A DNA stretch of 63,832 nucleotides, filler included, from Thelocarpon superellum (Eukaryota): assembly GCA_026025795.1 (NCBI GenBank). It is 10 parts of 10 records of this genome, joined end to end, with 100 filler letters (N's around TTAATTAATTAA, not from the genome) between each part and the next. Parts side by side here need not be neighbours in the genome. Positions count along the whole stretch, not along the records: positions 48,321 to 55,036 come from JAPEUG010000664.1; positions 55,137 to 61,789 come from JAPEUG010000665.1; 8 more parts are not named here. One strand, 5' to 3'. The position numbers and the translations under genes were made by a program. Shown here in pieces: positions 50,405 to 61,889 of the stretch. The stretch's first letter is position 1. Each line of letters begins with the position of its first letter. The notes below the pieces were generated by a model. It worked only from the letters and a program-made list of their open reading frames with translations, was not told where the DNA came from and ran no database searches.

Positions 50405-50871
50405 AAGGACGCGCCAGAGCGTACAATGATCTCCCCAGTCGAGGCATGTCAGAGGTTGGAATGACGCGAGCGTGGACGAGGCTTTCTGTTCAATGAGAGC
50501 GCCCTCAACAGTAACGTATACTCACTTTTGCTTGGATTGTCGCCGTGAAGGTGTGCAAGGGCAGGAAGTCGGTTCTTACTATTGTGTTGGTAGTCGCTCT
50601 ATTCGATGAATATTGTGTTCGTAGTCGCTCTAATCCTGATTCGAGTCGGGAGCGCCCCAAGACGCACTGCCAGCTTACCTAATCACTCGAACGACGACAG
50701 GAACGTGCCGATCATGACTAAATAATCGATAAGATATTCGTCGCGGAATCCGCCACCCCAAACAACGCCAATGATTGGCAATCCAACGTGTGAATCTTGT
50801 GAAAGCCACGAGTGTCGACTTACACATTGTCTCCCGGACCATGCTGTTTCACCTGGACGTTCACGTTCAAG

Positions 50872-52791
50872 ATGAGCGCGATTCTATCCGCTGACGACCT
50901 GAACGACTTCATCTCGCCCGGCGTAGCCTGCATCAAGCCGGTCGAGACACTGCCGCCACCGAGGAGCCAAGCCGAGGTAGGTGGAGGGAAAAGGCTGTGG
51001 TGGGATCCCTTACCGACTGATATCTTCTAGAATCCATACGAGGTGTCGACTGAAGACACAGTTCCCGCCGAGAGTCTGCCGCCAGCCCAGATCTCGTTGA
51101 CGGACTGTCTGGCGTGTTCAGGCTGCGTGACGTCGGCCGAGGCGGTGCTGGTGTCGCTGCAGTCTCATTCCGAGGTGCTGCATGCGCTCGATGCATCTCC
51201 GGAGCTTCGGCCGGAGAACATACCGCAGGAATGGGCGACCGACATTGGTGACGGGTCGAGGCATGATCGGACGAGTCACCTCGCGCAGGGAAGGATCTTC
51301 GTGGCCAGCGTCAGTCCTCAGACGCGAGCCAGCTTGGCCGCAGCGTGTGGCGTCACCGAGATCGAGGCTGGATATATGGTCGAGCAACTCTTGGGTGGAT
51401 CCAAGGGGCTTCGCAGCGGAGGCACCCACGGGAGTGGCTTCACCTGGGTCGTCGACACCAACGTCGCAAGGGAAGCATGTCTACACCTGGGCGCACAAGA
51501 AGTGACGGATGCGCTGGGGAGCCAGACCTCCGCTACCGCCGCTTCTCCACCGATCTGTCCCATCCTCACATCTTCCTGTCCCGGGTGGATCTGCTACGCC
51601 GAAAAGACGCATCCTCATGTGCTGCCTCACCTCTCCCGGCTGAAATCTCCACAGGCGCTCCTCGGCACGCTATTGAAGACGAGTCTGAGCAAGACGCTCG
51701 GAATCTCTCCTTCTCTCATCTGGCATGTGGCAGTCATGCCATGTTTCGATAAGAAGCTAGAGGGAAGTCGGTCCGAACTTACCGACGCTGCATGGAACGG
51801 AGAGGCAGCGACGTCAACGCCAAGCAGAGACGTCGATTGTGTCATCACGACGCGCGAGATCCTCCAACTCGCCTCCTCCCGCTCCATTGACCTCTCCTCC
51901 CTCCCAAAGCGACCCGTCCTGTTTGCTCCGTTTCCCGACGCGACTCTTTCTACCTTCCTCTTCCCCTCACGACACCACCGCCCTCGAAACAGCACGTCTG
52001 AGTTCGGCACCTCAGGCGGCCAGCTCCTCCGCGTGTTGAAAGCACATCAAGCCGCGCACCCTGGCTCCCGCATCATCAGCGAACGGGGCCGAAACGCCGA
52101 CGTGGTGGAATATCGCGTCGAGCGAGACAGCGAGAGCGGCCATGAAATCCTCGTCCGCGCCGCGCGATACTACGGCTTCCGCAACATCCAGAATCTGGTG
52201 CGGAAACTGAAGCCGATGAAAGCCAGTCGCATGCCCGGCGCAGCGTCTCGACAGGCCAGAGCTGCGTCGGCAAAAAGCGGAATCGGCCCTATTACCGAAT
52301 ACGCGTACATCGAAGTGATGGCTTGTCCAGGGGGATGCACGAATGGCGGGGGCCAGATCAAAGCAAGCGACGAGATGATGACGATAACGACGGCGGTGGG
52401 AGAAGCTCAGCGGCGAGAAGAAGTGACTCGTCCTCTTGCTCCTTCTCCAGCTCAGCAGAAGGAATGGCTCGCGAAAGTCGACGAAGCTTATTTCTCCTCT
52501 TCCTCCCCTCTGGCTTCAGACGCCGAAACCGACGCCGATTCGGAGATTGAGACCAATCGCGACATAGCATCCACCACCGTCTCGAATCCGCGAGCCAAAG
52601 AGCACGTCGTGTCCGTGTCAGAAATGCTAGAGCACTGGACGACAGTGACGCAGCTCCCGCTAGACACGCTGGCATACACGACGTTTCGACGCGTGGAGGA
52701 TTCCTTCAATAGTGGTGCTCATGGGGCCGGCACCGGGACCGGGACTGGACTCATTGGCGAAATTGCGGGTCGTGAAGGTGGCGGGTGGTAG
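50872..52791 (+). CDS. NAR1: Cytosolic Fe-S cluster assembly factor Nar1; intron ~50977-51030
   Basis: [76 protein letters not shown]. Confidence 0.96.
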
Positions 52792-53187
52792 GAGCCATGC
52801 ATGGCGAGGAGCTGTTGTCCAGCTTGTATGCTGTTGGCGTTGTATTTTACATAGACTGGGACCGGTGCATCTCCCATGCTTCGCTGGAAAACTAGACGGG
52901 CGGTTGGGAATCTATGCCGGACCATCATCATCCTTTCCTCATCCGCCAGCCGCATCCACCACGGCGCGGCCTGACCGGGTCGCTTGGCGAGGGGGGTGCG
53001 TCTCCGCGTCCGCCGTTTGTGTTGCGTTGCTTGGCAGGCAGGAAGGTATGCCACGAATTTGCGGATCCCCCCTTGGTCCTCGAGGCGCTTTCTTCTGCCT
53101 CGGCGATGCACTGCTGTACCACCCACGACGGACGGGAATAGTCCACCAGACGATCGTTCCCATTTGACAGTCGAGAGGGTGTGCACC

Positions 53188-54288
53188 TCAGGACGCACTC
53201 CTTGCGTGACCGAGCCCTGCACGGCCCCTAGGAGCAAAGCCATGGCCACCACGGCCACTTGCATCCGGACCCCGGGGGGCACGCAGCGGCTGCTGTGGTG
53301 CGTCGGCCGCAGACTGTTGAGACGAGGCAGCGCCGTCTCGTTTCTGGATGGAGATGGAGTCGGGTTTCACACTGTACTCTGGGTCGTAGAGCTGGCGAGC
53401 CTCGCACTGACGTGTGTCTGGTGTCGACGGGGAGCCTCGTCCTGAACGTGACGCGGATGCGGACGCGTATAGCGAGGCTCGGCTCTCACGACCACCGCCA
53501 CCCCGGCCTCGTCCCCGGCCTCGTCCAGCCTTGAGGCCGCTGCCATCTGATAACTTGCTGGGCGCGAGCGGCTTGGATGTCCCGCTGCCGGACGGTGGTG
53601 GTGGTGGTGGTGGTGGGGTTGTCGTGGGAGTAGTCGTACTCGAATCCCCAAACAAGCGGCCCCGCACCTCCTTGTACCGCCGCTGCTTCTCCTCTCGTTC
53701 GCGCTCTGCCTTCTGACGCTGTTCCTCGGGCGACAGGCTGACCTTCTTCGCGTCCTCATCGTCATCGTCGTCCTCGTCCTCCAACGTGAGCTGCGACATG
53801 CCCGATCCCACGTCCTGCCGACTGAGCAGCTTGGGCGCCGGCTTGCGGCTTAGCACCTTGACGGCAGGCTTGAAGTCGGATTTCAACGGCACGTCGTTTC
53901 CCGTGTGCAGATGTTGGAAGGCCTCGAGGGATTCTCTACGGCGCCATCAGCATGGTGCCTTTTGCAGCTATGTCACATAGACTGGGGCAGCTGGCGTAGA
54001 GGGAGGGAGGGAGGGAGGGAGGGAGGGAGGGAGGGAGGGAGGGAGGGAGGGAGGGAGGGAGGGAGGGAGGGAGGGAGGGAGGGAGGGATGGGTGGAGGGA
54101 GGGAGGGAGGGAGGGATGGATGGATGGACCTACGCTGATTCCCACATCTTCTTGTTCAATGCCGCATGTTTGGCTAACCGTTCAGCTTTGGTTCCTTTGA
54201 CGGGCTCCTCGGCTTCTCGCCGTTGCACGTCCGCTTGGGACTCCCAGTCGTCGTCCCATGCATCTGGGATGAGTTGTTTTTGGCTCAT
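53188..54288 (-). CDS. SUZ/SUZ-C domain protein; intron ~53937-54132
   Basis: IPDAWDDDWE...NKKMWESA; FKPAVKVLSRKP; EREREEKQRRYKEVRGRLFG; PLRAPRGPDASGRGGHGF. Confidence 0.8.
53998..54128. repeat. (GGGA)n microsatellite inside the SUZ-gene intron
   Basis: About 90 nt of perfect GGGA followed by degenerate GGGA/GGAT copies. Confidence 0.97.
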
Positions 54289-55036
54289 GGTTTGCGCCGT
54301 TGGAGGCCCCGGACCTCGAGTTAGATATGTGGAGCAGAGCAGTGATTGTGTAGGTGTTCTTGTGCAGATGTGCCAATTATTGTACTTGAGGGTAGGTTGT
54401 GCTTAGTTTCTCAGGGGCCGTTACTTTCGATAATGTGCTCATGACTTGAGTGAGGGAAGAGGGGAGGAGTCAAGAACGAGCATTGTGGGGCGAGCACACT
54501 CTACATTATTCTGGAGACTGCTGCTTGGACCTCGTCGGAGGCCCACACAGGTACGCTGCCCAGTAGAACGAGCACAAGACACCAGCAAGAAGGTCGATGA
54601 ATATCGAACAATACTCGATCCGGTCCTCGTTCAGGTAAACGCCGATGATTCACTCCTCAAACCGCCGATAATCCCTCCCGACAACAATCCCATCATGGAT
54701 GAGGTTCGTCAGGAATAGTCAAGCCTTGCGCTTAACGCGCACAGGGTACGAAGAACGGTCGTACTTTGTACATCACGGTCATGTCTGGTGCGTACCAACC
54801 TCTCCCACCCTACTCTTCCCACTCTACCGCCCCTCCACAGCTCCCTCCATCTTCACGCGCCACCAATACAACCACACAGCACAGAATGAAGCACCACTTA
54901 CAGTAGAGGACGAGAACGAGAACAGGCAACGAAGGCAATGCACCCATGCACTCATCCTTCTCGCCATCTGGATCAGGGTCTGCCTCCGCCTCCGCCTCAT
55001 CCGCCTCGACATCAGCATCACCAGACGTAGACTCGG

Positions 55037-55136
55037 NNNNNNNNNNNNNNNNNNNNNNNNNNNNNNNNNNNNNNNNNNNNTTAATTAATTAANNNNNNNN
55101 NNNNNNNNNNNNNNNNNNNNNNNNNNNNNNNNNNNN
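55037..55136. other. Artificial contig-joining spacer
   Basis: 44 N + TTAATTAATTAA + 44 N. Confidence 0.98.
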
Positions 55137-55765
55137 ATGACGAATAGCCGAAAAGCATACTCGAGCTGAGTCAGAAAAGAATGGGAGCACTCCCTATTCA
55201 CCCCCGTCAGATCATGGTCCGGCGTGCCCCTCATTGAGGTGGCAATCAAGACTACTAGTCTTTGTAGTAGTCTGTGCTTGGACATGGCGTATCACTTTGT
55301 TGAACGTGGGCGAAGGCTGAACGAATTCAACATTTCTCCTCTTGCTGCCATATACTCTTTCGGAGTAGATTGCCATGGTGGTCTCGCCGCTTTCGACTGG
55401 GGTCATAATCTCGCTGCATTGGAGCATTGGAGCATTGGAGTCGTCACAGGTATGTCAGGCCACGACAGGAGCGCCTGGGTGTAGAGCAGAGGAAGTTGTA
55501 GGGGGCTTGCGGCGAGACAACCTGGGTTAATATAGTAGTTTCGATCGCGCCGAAGTTGAGAGATCTATAGACGTCGCAGGATACAGATTGTATCGTGAGG
55601 CACGCCGTGACTCTGAATCTGCCTTCGGGGGTGACCCAACCATCTTGTCAGACGCTCCCTGACCTCCAAGCGCGTGGATCGAATGAGGGTCCGATAATCG
55701 GTCGAGGAGCCCTCCTGCTACCCACACCTATGTTGCAGCCTTGAGAGGAGCTTCCTATCCGTGAG

Positions 55766-56533
55766 ATGGATCCGAAGAGCTTCCGACCGGCGCTGATCAT
55801 CGTGGATGTTCAGGAAGACTTCTGCCCACCAGTGCGAATCCAGTGCAACGCCCTTCAGCGCCGACGCAAGAACGCTAACCAGGGGGGATGGCCACAGACT
55901 GGATCACTCGCTGTTCCCGACGGCCGGACCATAGCTCCGATCGTCAACCGCCTGCTCGACCTCCCCTTCGTTCTCAAGGTCGCGACGAAGGATTGGCACC
56001 CCGCGAACCACGTCTCCTTCGCATCCAACCACCCCGCTCCTGACAACCAACCTTTCACATCCTTCGCGACGATCCCGAACCCCGAGAATGCCTCCGAAAC
56101 GTTCCGCACGCGACTCTGGCCGGTGCATTGCGTGCAGCATACCGCGGGAGCCGAGCTGATTCCCGAACTGGATCGTGACAAGCTCGACCACGTCGTCGAG
56201 AAGGGACAGGATGCTCGCGTGGAGATGTACTCCGCCTTGCGAGATCCCTATCGTGATCCTCCCGTCCACACCAGTGGCTTGCCGCACCTGCTCCGCCAGT
56301 CGCGCATCAGCCACGTCTACGTCGTCGGGCTGGCCATGGATTATTGCGTCAAGTTTACGGCGCTGGATTGTAGCGAGATGGGTCTCGATACTTATGTGGT
56401 TCGAGAGGGTACAAGGGCCGTTGATGCGGGCGAGAAAGGGTGGGACGCTTCTTGCACCGAGCTCGAACGGGCGGGGGTGACCATGGTCAGCGTGACTGGT
56501 GAAGAGGTGAGCAGAGTAAGGGACGCGCACTGA
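55766..56533 (+). CDS. PNC1: Nicotinamidase/pyrazinamidase (isochorismatase family); intron ~55832-55897
   Basis: ALIIVDVQEDFCPP-GSLAV, TKDWHP, LWPVHCVQ, VEKG, EMYSA and GLAMDYCVK. Confidence 0.93.
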   Translation: MDPKSFRPALIIVDVQEDFCPPVRIQCNALQRRRKNANQGGWPQTGSLAVPDGRTIAPIVNRLLDLPFVLKVATKDWHPANHVSFASNHPAPDNQPFTSFATIPNPENASETFRTRLWPVHCVQHTAGAELIPELDRDKLDHVVEKGQDARVEMYSALRDPYRDPPVHTSGLPHLLRQSRISHVYVVGLAMDYCVKFTALDCSEMGLDTYVVREGTRAVDAGEKGWDASCTELERAGVTMVSVTGEEVSRVRDAH

Positions 56534-57814
56534 GTGATGAGACGTCCGTGCCTGAGATCTGCGATGCCTCGTCTTATGGGTGATGCCTTCTTCCCGTCTC
56601 CACAACAATTCGATTGCCGTTGGAACACGCTCTCCCCAGGTCGAAACCCACCGCTTGACGTTTGGCGATTACCTCCCACCTTGCCACCTTCCTTCCTGCT
56701 GTTGTCCACCGCTTCCGAGTCACTTGGGGCTCGCCCTCTCTACGTATCCTCTTGGAAGACCTGTCTCGGAGCGGATTGCCCCACCATGTGGGTGTTCCAT
56801 CCTATGACCTGCAAACCAGGAACGCCAAATACCTTCATGATCTGCCCGAAGGAAGCCCGGGTCACAACCAAGCTATGCCTGAACCCGCGTTCCTACGGGC
56901 CAGTCCTGGCTTTCCAGGTCACAGGAGGGGCCAGCCGTCGCCCTGCATGGCAACGCACAAGTACTGCCTGTATACTTACTCATGTGCAGTGTCTTGCTCC
57001 TGTCTCATCTACTTCCTATTGACCTGATCAGCGCCATCACTCCGTTCTGCTCAGCCAGTCAGCCGCGCTGAGCCGCTCTTCCGTGCGTCGACCTGCATCA
57101 TCTTCAGACGTGAAGAAGATGGCACCGTTCCCCTCGCCAGAAACGAGCTGGTGTCTCGGAATCCCCGCTTCGAGTCTCGGACCTCCGCACGACTCCATAA
57201 TACCAACACGAAGGCGGTCTCCACAGAAAGGCCGCGACGGAATCTCATTCTGCCTGTGAGAGTCACAGAGCCGCGACGAGGAACTCCACCTCGGTCATGA
57301 CCCTGTACCCAGAACGAGGCCTCTTGTACAGCGTCTCGGCTGCGCTTCCAGCATTCTGTATCTCATAGCTGGACACTTCTCTCGTTACGCTACGTCTCTT
57401 GCTCCAGCGTTCTTACTCTCTCGTTTCCGGGCTGTCGTTCTTGCGCCTTCGTCGTTACTCTTGCCAGTCTGTTGCCGTCTATTGGCTCTTCAGAAGCCGA
57501 CCGGGCATGTCTACGCGCGCGTTGGGAGCGTCGTGCGCAAAAACTAGTGCGCACCCTCTCGCTAGCCATCTCCGGCCCACGCTCGAGAGATTTGGTCCAA
57601 GGATATCCCGCGAGTGAACGATGCTTGACAGAGTCCATCCTTGCGCGATGGAGCCGCCATCTTGTGACAAGAGCAGTTCACGATCGACCAGTGACAAAGA
57701 ACCAGGATGCAGCATTCACGCCCTTCTTCCCGAGCTCGAGGTGAGGGATGGGGGCTACCTCTGTCGATGGCTTCCACTCTACGCTGCCCTGACTTCTTTC
57801 TCGCTGAACAGGCC

Positions 57815-59778
57815 ATGAACAGTCAATCGACGAGTCAAGTGATCATGGCGCTCACATCGGGCTCGAAGTTGAGCGACGACATTGAGATGACGGACAAATC
57901 GGGCCCTGCCAGCTCGGTGCGGCGATCGGCACGGAAGACTCTGAGTCTCAGCACCCTTCCAGCGGAGCTCGTGGGCCGAATCGCCGCGTATCTCGACCCG
58001 GTCTGGGTCTTGAACCTGGCCGACTCGTGCCGACGCATGCGCCAGATCTTGTCATTCGAAGAGGCCAACCAGATCTGGTATGAGGTCTTACCGCCGCACT
58101 TGTGGACTAAACCAGAGAAATGGCAGAACGAGGACGAGCTGAGAGCTCTGGTGTTCGCCCGGATCCTGGCGTCACTTGATGCATACAAGGGACCCGCCTG
58201 GCCAGAAGTCGTCGTGCCTCTGGCTCCCCCGTGAGCCACTCTCCCCTCTTACTCCCTGCGTCCTGCGTGCTGTACTGATGAAGAGATCAAGGCCAATGTT
58301 CCCGGTTGCCGGAACGTCCACGGCTTCCTCCCTCCCCAGCACGACATCTACCACTGGAGCCGAGCGGCAGGAGCAGGAGCAGGGGCAGGGGATCTACGAT
58401 TTGCCCCTCAGTCCAGAGGACACCTGCCGGCTTCGGGACGAGGTGGGTCGTTGGTACAAGCGGGACAAGAAGGCGTATGTGGGCGCCCCATACGACCCAA
58501 TCTTCAACTACAAGCGCGAGATGCAGGGCTGGCTCAAGATGCCCGGGTGCTGCTCTGTATGCTTCAACCGGCAGACCTGGGAGGGCTCCGTGCGCGTTTC
58601 ACGGCACTGGAAGATGCAGTGGTGCGACCCCTGCCTCAGGGAGTACTCGACCAGTAAGCGGCCGTGGAGCGCAAAAGGCCCCGAGCAAGTCAGGGTTGGG
58701 CTGACACCTGCGATTGCACCTAGCCATGGCCACGGTCAAAAAAATTCCGGACGTCTTCCCAAAGCTCGAGTCCTTGACGCGAGCGACGATCAGGCTGGGG
58801 TGGAATCGCAAGACCGAGTACTTCTTCGCCCCGGAGATCGATCAGCTCACGCGGCGCCTTACGGGATACTACTGTGCGACCATGCGACAGCGTCAGAAAG
58901 CGGTGGACCGGCTCACGGCCAACCACCAGCTCGAGCGGTCCGGCATCGAACAGCGCCGGCGGATGCTGCGATGGGAGCTGGTTCGAGTGGCGGAGAGGAT
59001 GTGGGAGGGGAGAGACCCCTATTCCTCGGAAGACGTGCCCGTCAACGGTGCGTCAATGCTGCAGAATCAGTTCAACACGCCAGGGCCCGCGATCTTCGCC
59101 ACGTACCGGACGCGCTTCGCCCCGACAGCGTCCTTACGGACATTCCTCTTCGCCCCAGCCGCGCTGGCCACTCGCCCCACCCAGCTGCCGTACACGCCGG
59201 CGAGTGGATGGCTGGCCGACCCGACGCGGAAGCTGCGGGATGCGGAGGTTGACGCGGTGGAATCGCCATGGATCTGCGACAACGCTCTCGAGATGCTGAC
59301 GCGGCTGACGGACTGGACGCACTGGGATTACGGACAGAAAGGGCATGGAGGCTTCGTGGACACCTGGCGGAACGCCTGCACCCAATGGCATCTGGCACGG
59401 CTCGAGGCAGAGCTAAGGTCGGGCGCAACGCAGCGCATGGAGTATTTCTCGCCTTCCACCCAGCTGCTTCTCAAGCCCTTCCGGGCGCGCCTCGGTCTGG
59501 TGCCGCGAGAGACGCTGCCGACTCTTCCCCCGCGCCGCGTTGGCATGACGGCGGACGAGTACCGTGACTTGGCGCGGCACGAGCTGCTCGTCCAGAACGC
59601 CGCACGTCGACTCACCGCAGCGGAAAAGCGGTTTGTCCAGATTGCCCGCCACTGCTGCGCCATGTGTCCCGTGTCCCACGGCTTATACACTCCTGTGGGC
59701 TTAGAGGGCCTTGTCCGGCATATGCAGATTGCCCACTCGGAACTGTTCTGGGCGGGCAATTTCCCCTTGGTGGCCTAG
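57815..59778 (+). CDS. F-box protein with Cys/His putative Zn-binding motifs, 3 exons
   Basis: LSTLPAELVGRIAAYLDPVWVLNLADSCRRMR...NQIW (F-box); CSVC, WCDPC and CAMC...HMQIAH; introns ~58231-58290 and ~58654-58722. Confidence 0.7.
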
Positions 59779-60507
59779 GTCCGGAGCGGCAGGGTCCGGG
59801 GCGCGCGGATGAAGCGTTGGTGTCAATGAGTCCTCACCAGACGTGCGCTCGACGTTGGCCTCGATCGGGCACGCTCCTTGTGCTTTCTTCTGTCGACTCT
59901 TCTCTCACGGCTTTGATGCACTCCGGTAGGTCGGGCGCGGATATCCGACCGGGACACCGCCGTCGCTGCAGCCTCAGCATAGTCGCGTAATAGGAATTCA
60001 CGGCCTTTCAACATTGTCTTAGATTGCGGGGTTACGGAGGTCATCGACGATGCATCGACGATGCCATCGTGACGGACCCGGCGGGGGTAGGGCACGCGCG
60101 ACCATGGACAAAGAGCACGTAACGGTCAATGAGTGACACAGGCGAGACGAAGGTCGAACAATAGTAAGCCGCATCTGCCCGATGTGCCGGGAGTGGAGTT
60201 GTCCAGTTGTCCGTGCTCGGGTCCGTCAGAGCCGTGGTACGGGCACCGCCCCAGACCGATCGTCGCGGTGGCGGGGTTCATGACGACGCCGTGGACATCG
60301 CACGCTGAGTCGGCCCTCTCCTTGGTCTCGACGTGACGCTTAGTCCGTGGCACGCCGTGCCTGGCGGAAGGGCCAGATCCCGGGCAGCGATCGGCAAGAA
60401 AAAAGGTAGCGCTGCTCCTCGTACTCCGTATAGGACCCTGACACCTCGTCCGGGACGCACCTCCCCGCTGCAGATGGATGAGGGGCGCCAGAGCACGGGC
60501 AACACAC

Positions 60508-60517
60508 ATGGCGTGAT
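60508..60517 (-). promoter_or_regulatory. Candidate sterol regulatory element upstream of HMG-CoA reductase
   Basis: ATCACGCCAT on the minus strand resembles the SREBP consensus ATCACNCCAY. Confidence 0.3.
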
Positions 60518-61156
60518 CTGATCGCCCTATCTCCAACTGGTGAGCATGGCGAGTAGACCTGCAGTGCGGGCAGGTCCACCTTCTGCAGAGCCCGCGTCTG
60601 GCGCCGGCCGTGGTGTGTCTCAAGGGCACGTGTGACGCCAACTGCCTGAGTAGCACCCAACCAGAACTCACCAGAACTCCGGGTTCCCTACCCGCCACAA
60701 ACACTAACGCCCCGGATAACCTTCACAGTACGAAATACGAAAGTCCTCCGTAGACTCCCTACCAGCACGATTTGGATTTGGCCGACTTGCGGTCAAGAGC
60801 TCGACCTTACTCACCAGTGAGTCCATTCAGCTTCCCTCTCCGCGTCCCTGTCGCTCTGGCCTCCCCCCGTCTCGTTCCCTCGAGCACGAAACATCGGTGC
60901 GTCTCTCCGTCAGTCTGCTCTCGCCCTCTGTTCCGACATCGACCAGGCGATGAGACGAGTGGCTTGCTAACGCTCCGTCCGCAGTCCCAGGCCCAGGCCG
61001 AGAGCGAACTTCGAGGTCCACCATGTGCACTCAACCATGACCGATGGCGGCACAATCTACGAATAGCCCTGGGTCAATGTGATCCGCATGCGCCCTCCCA
61101 CCGGAAGTTAGTCGAGGTCCATCGACCTTGGTCACCGCCGCGGCGACCGACGCCCG

Positions 61157-61789
61157 ATGACGGCGACATCACCCTACCCGTCGAACGCCATGTCCGTGGC
61201 CTCCTTCCTCCCCATGCGCTGGGCGGGGTCCCGCGGTGCCGGCCCGGCCTCGAAGCCTGGATGGCTCAACCGCCAGGTGACGAGCATCTTGCAGTCGTTA
61301 TCGCGGCGGGCGTGCAACCACCCGATCCACACCATCGTCTTCGTGGCCCTGCTCGCCAGCACCACCTACATGGGACTGCTCGAGGGTAGGCTCTTCGACG
61401 CACCGAGCCACGGCGGCGCGGTCCACGGCACCGATTGGGGGGTGCTGACCCACGGCAGCAAGTCCCTGCGAGTGGGCCCCGACACCGGCTGGAAATGGCA
61501 GATGGACGACAAGGACCCGGCCACCGTGACCGCGGCCGCTCCCAACGCCCAGCACCTCGCGCTCTTGACCTTTGTCTTCTCCGGCTCCTTGTCCTCCGAT
61601 CTGGCACATCACGCCCCGCCCGACGGTGCCATTCCTACGCCGCAGGATCTGGGCGTCAGTCCCCTCCCATCGACGTCCAGTCTCCTCTCGCCCCTCTCGC
61701 ATGATTCCACCCTGGCCTTCTCGCTACCATACACCAACGCCCCCAATTTCCTCGCTCTGGTGCAAGAGATTCCCAACGAGCCGCTCCAC
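61157..61789 (+). CDS. HMG1: HMG-CoA reductase, N-terminal part (truncated by the gap)
   Basis: HPIH domain: LSRRACNHPIHTIVFVALLASTTYMGLLE; HLALLTFVF. Confidence 0.88.
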
Positions 61790-61889
61790 NNNNNNNNNNN
61801 NNNNNNNNNNNNNNNNNNNNNNNNNNNNNNNNNTTAATTAATTAANNNNNNNNNNNNNNNNNNNNNNNNNNNNNNNNNNNNNNNNNNNN
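61790..61889. other. Artificial contig-joining spacer
   Basis: 44 N + TTAATTAATTAA + 44 N. Confidence 0.98.

Noticed and set aside
54400..55500. Possible gene fragments flanking the spacer at 55037-55136
   Set aside because: No consistent spliced reading frame or recognisable motif could be built.
56534..57700. ORFs between PNC1 and the F-box gene
   Set aside because: No protein-like composition or splice-supported model.
6883..61889. Regularly spaced TTAATTAATTAA repeats as a biological array or piggyBac TTAA target sites
   Set aside because: They always sit at the centre of a 100-nt N spacer, so they are an assembly linker.
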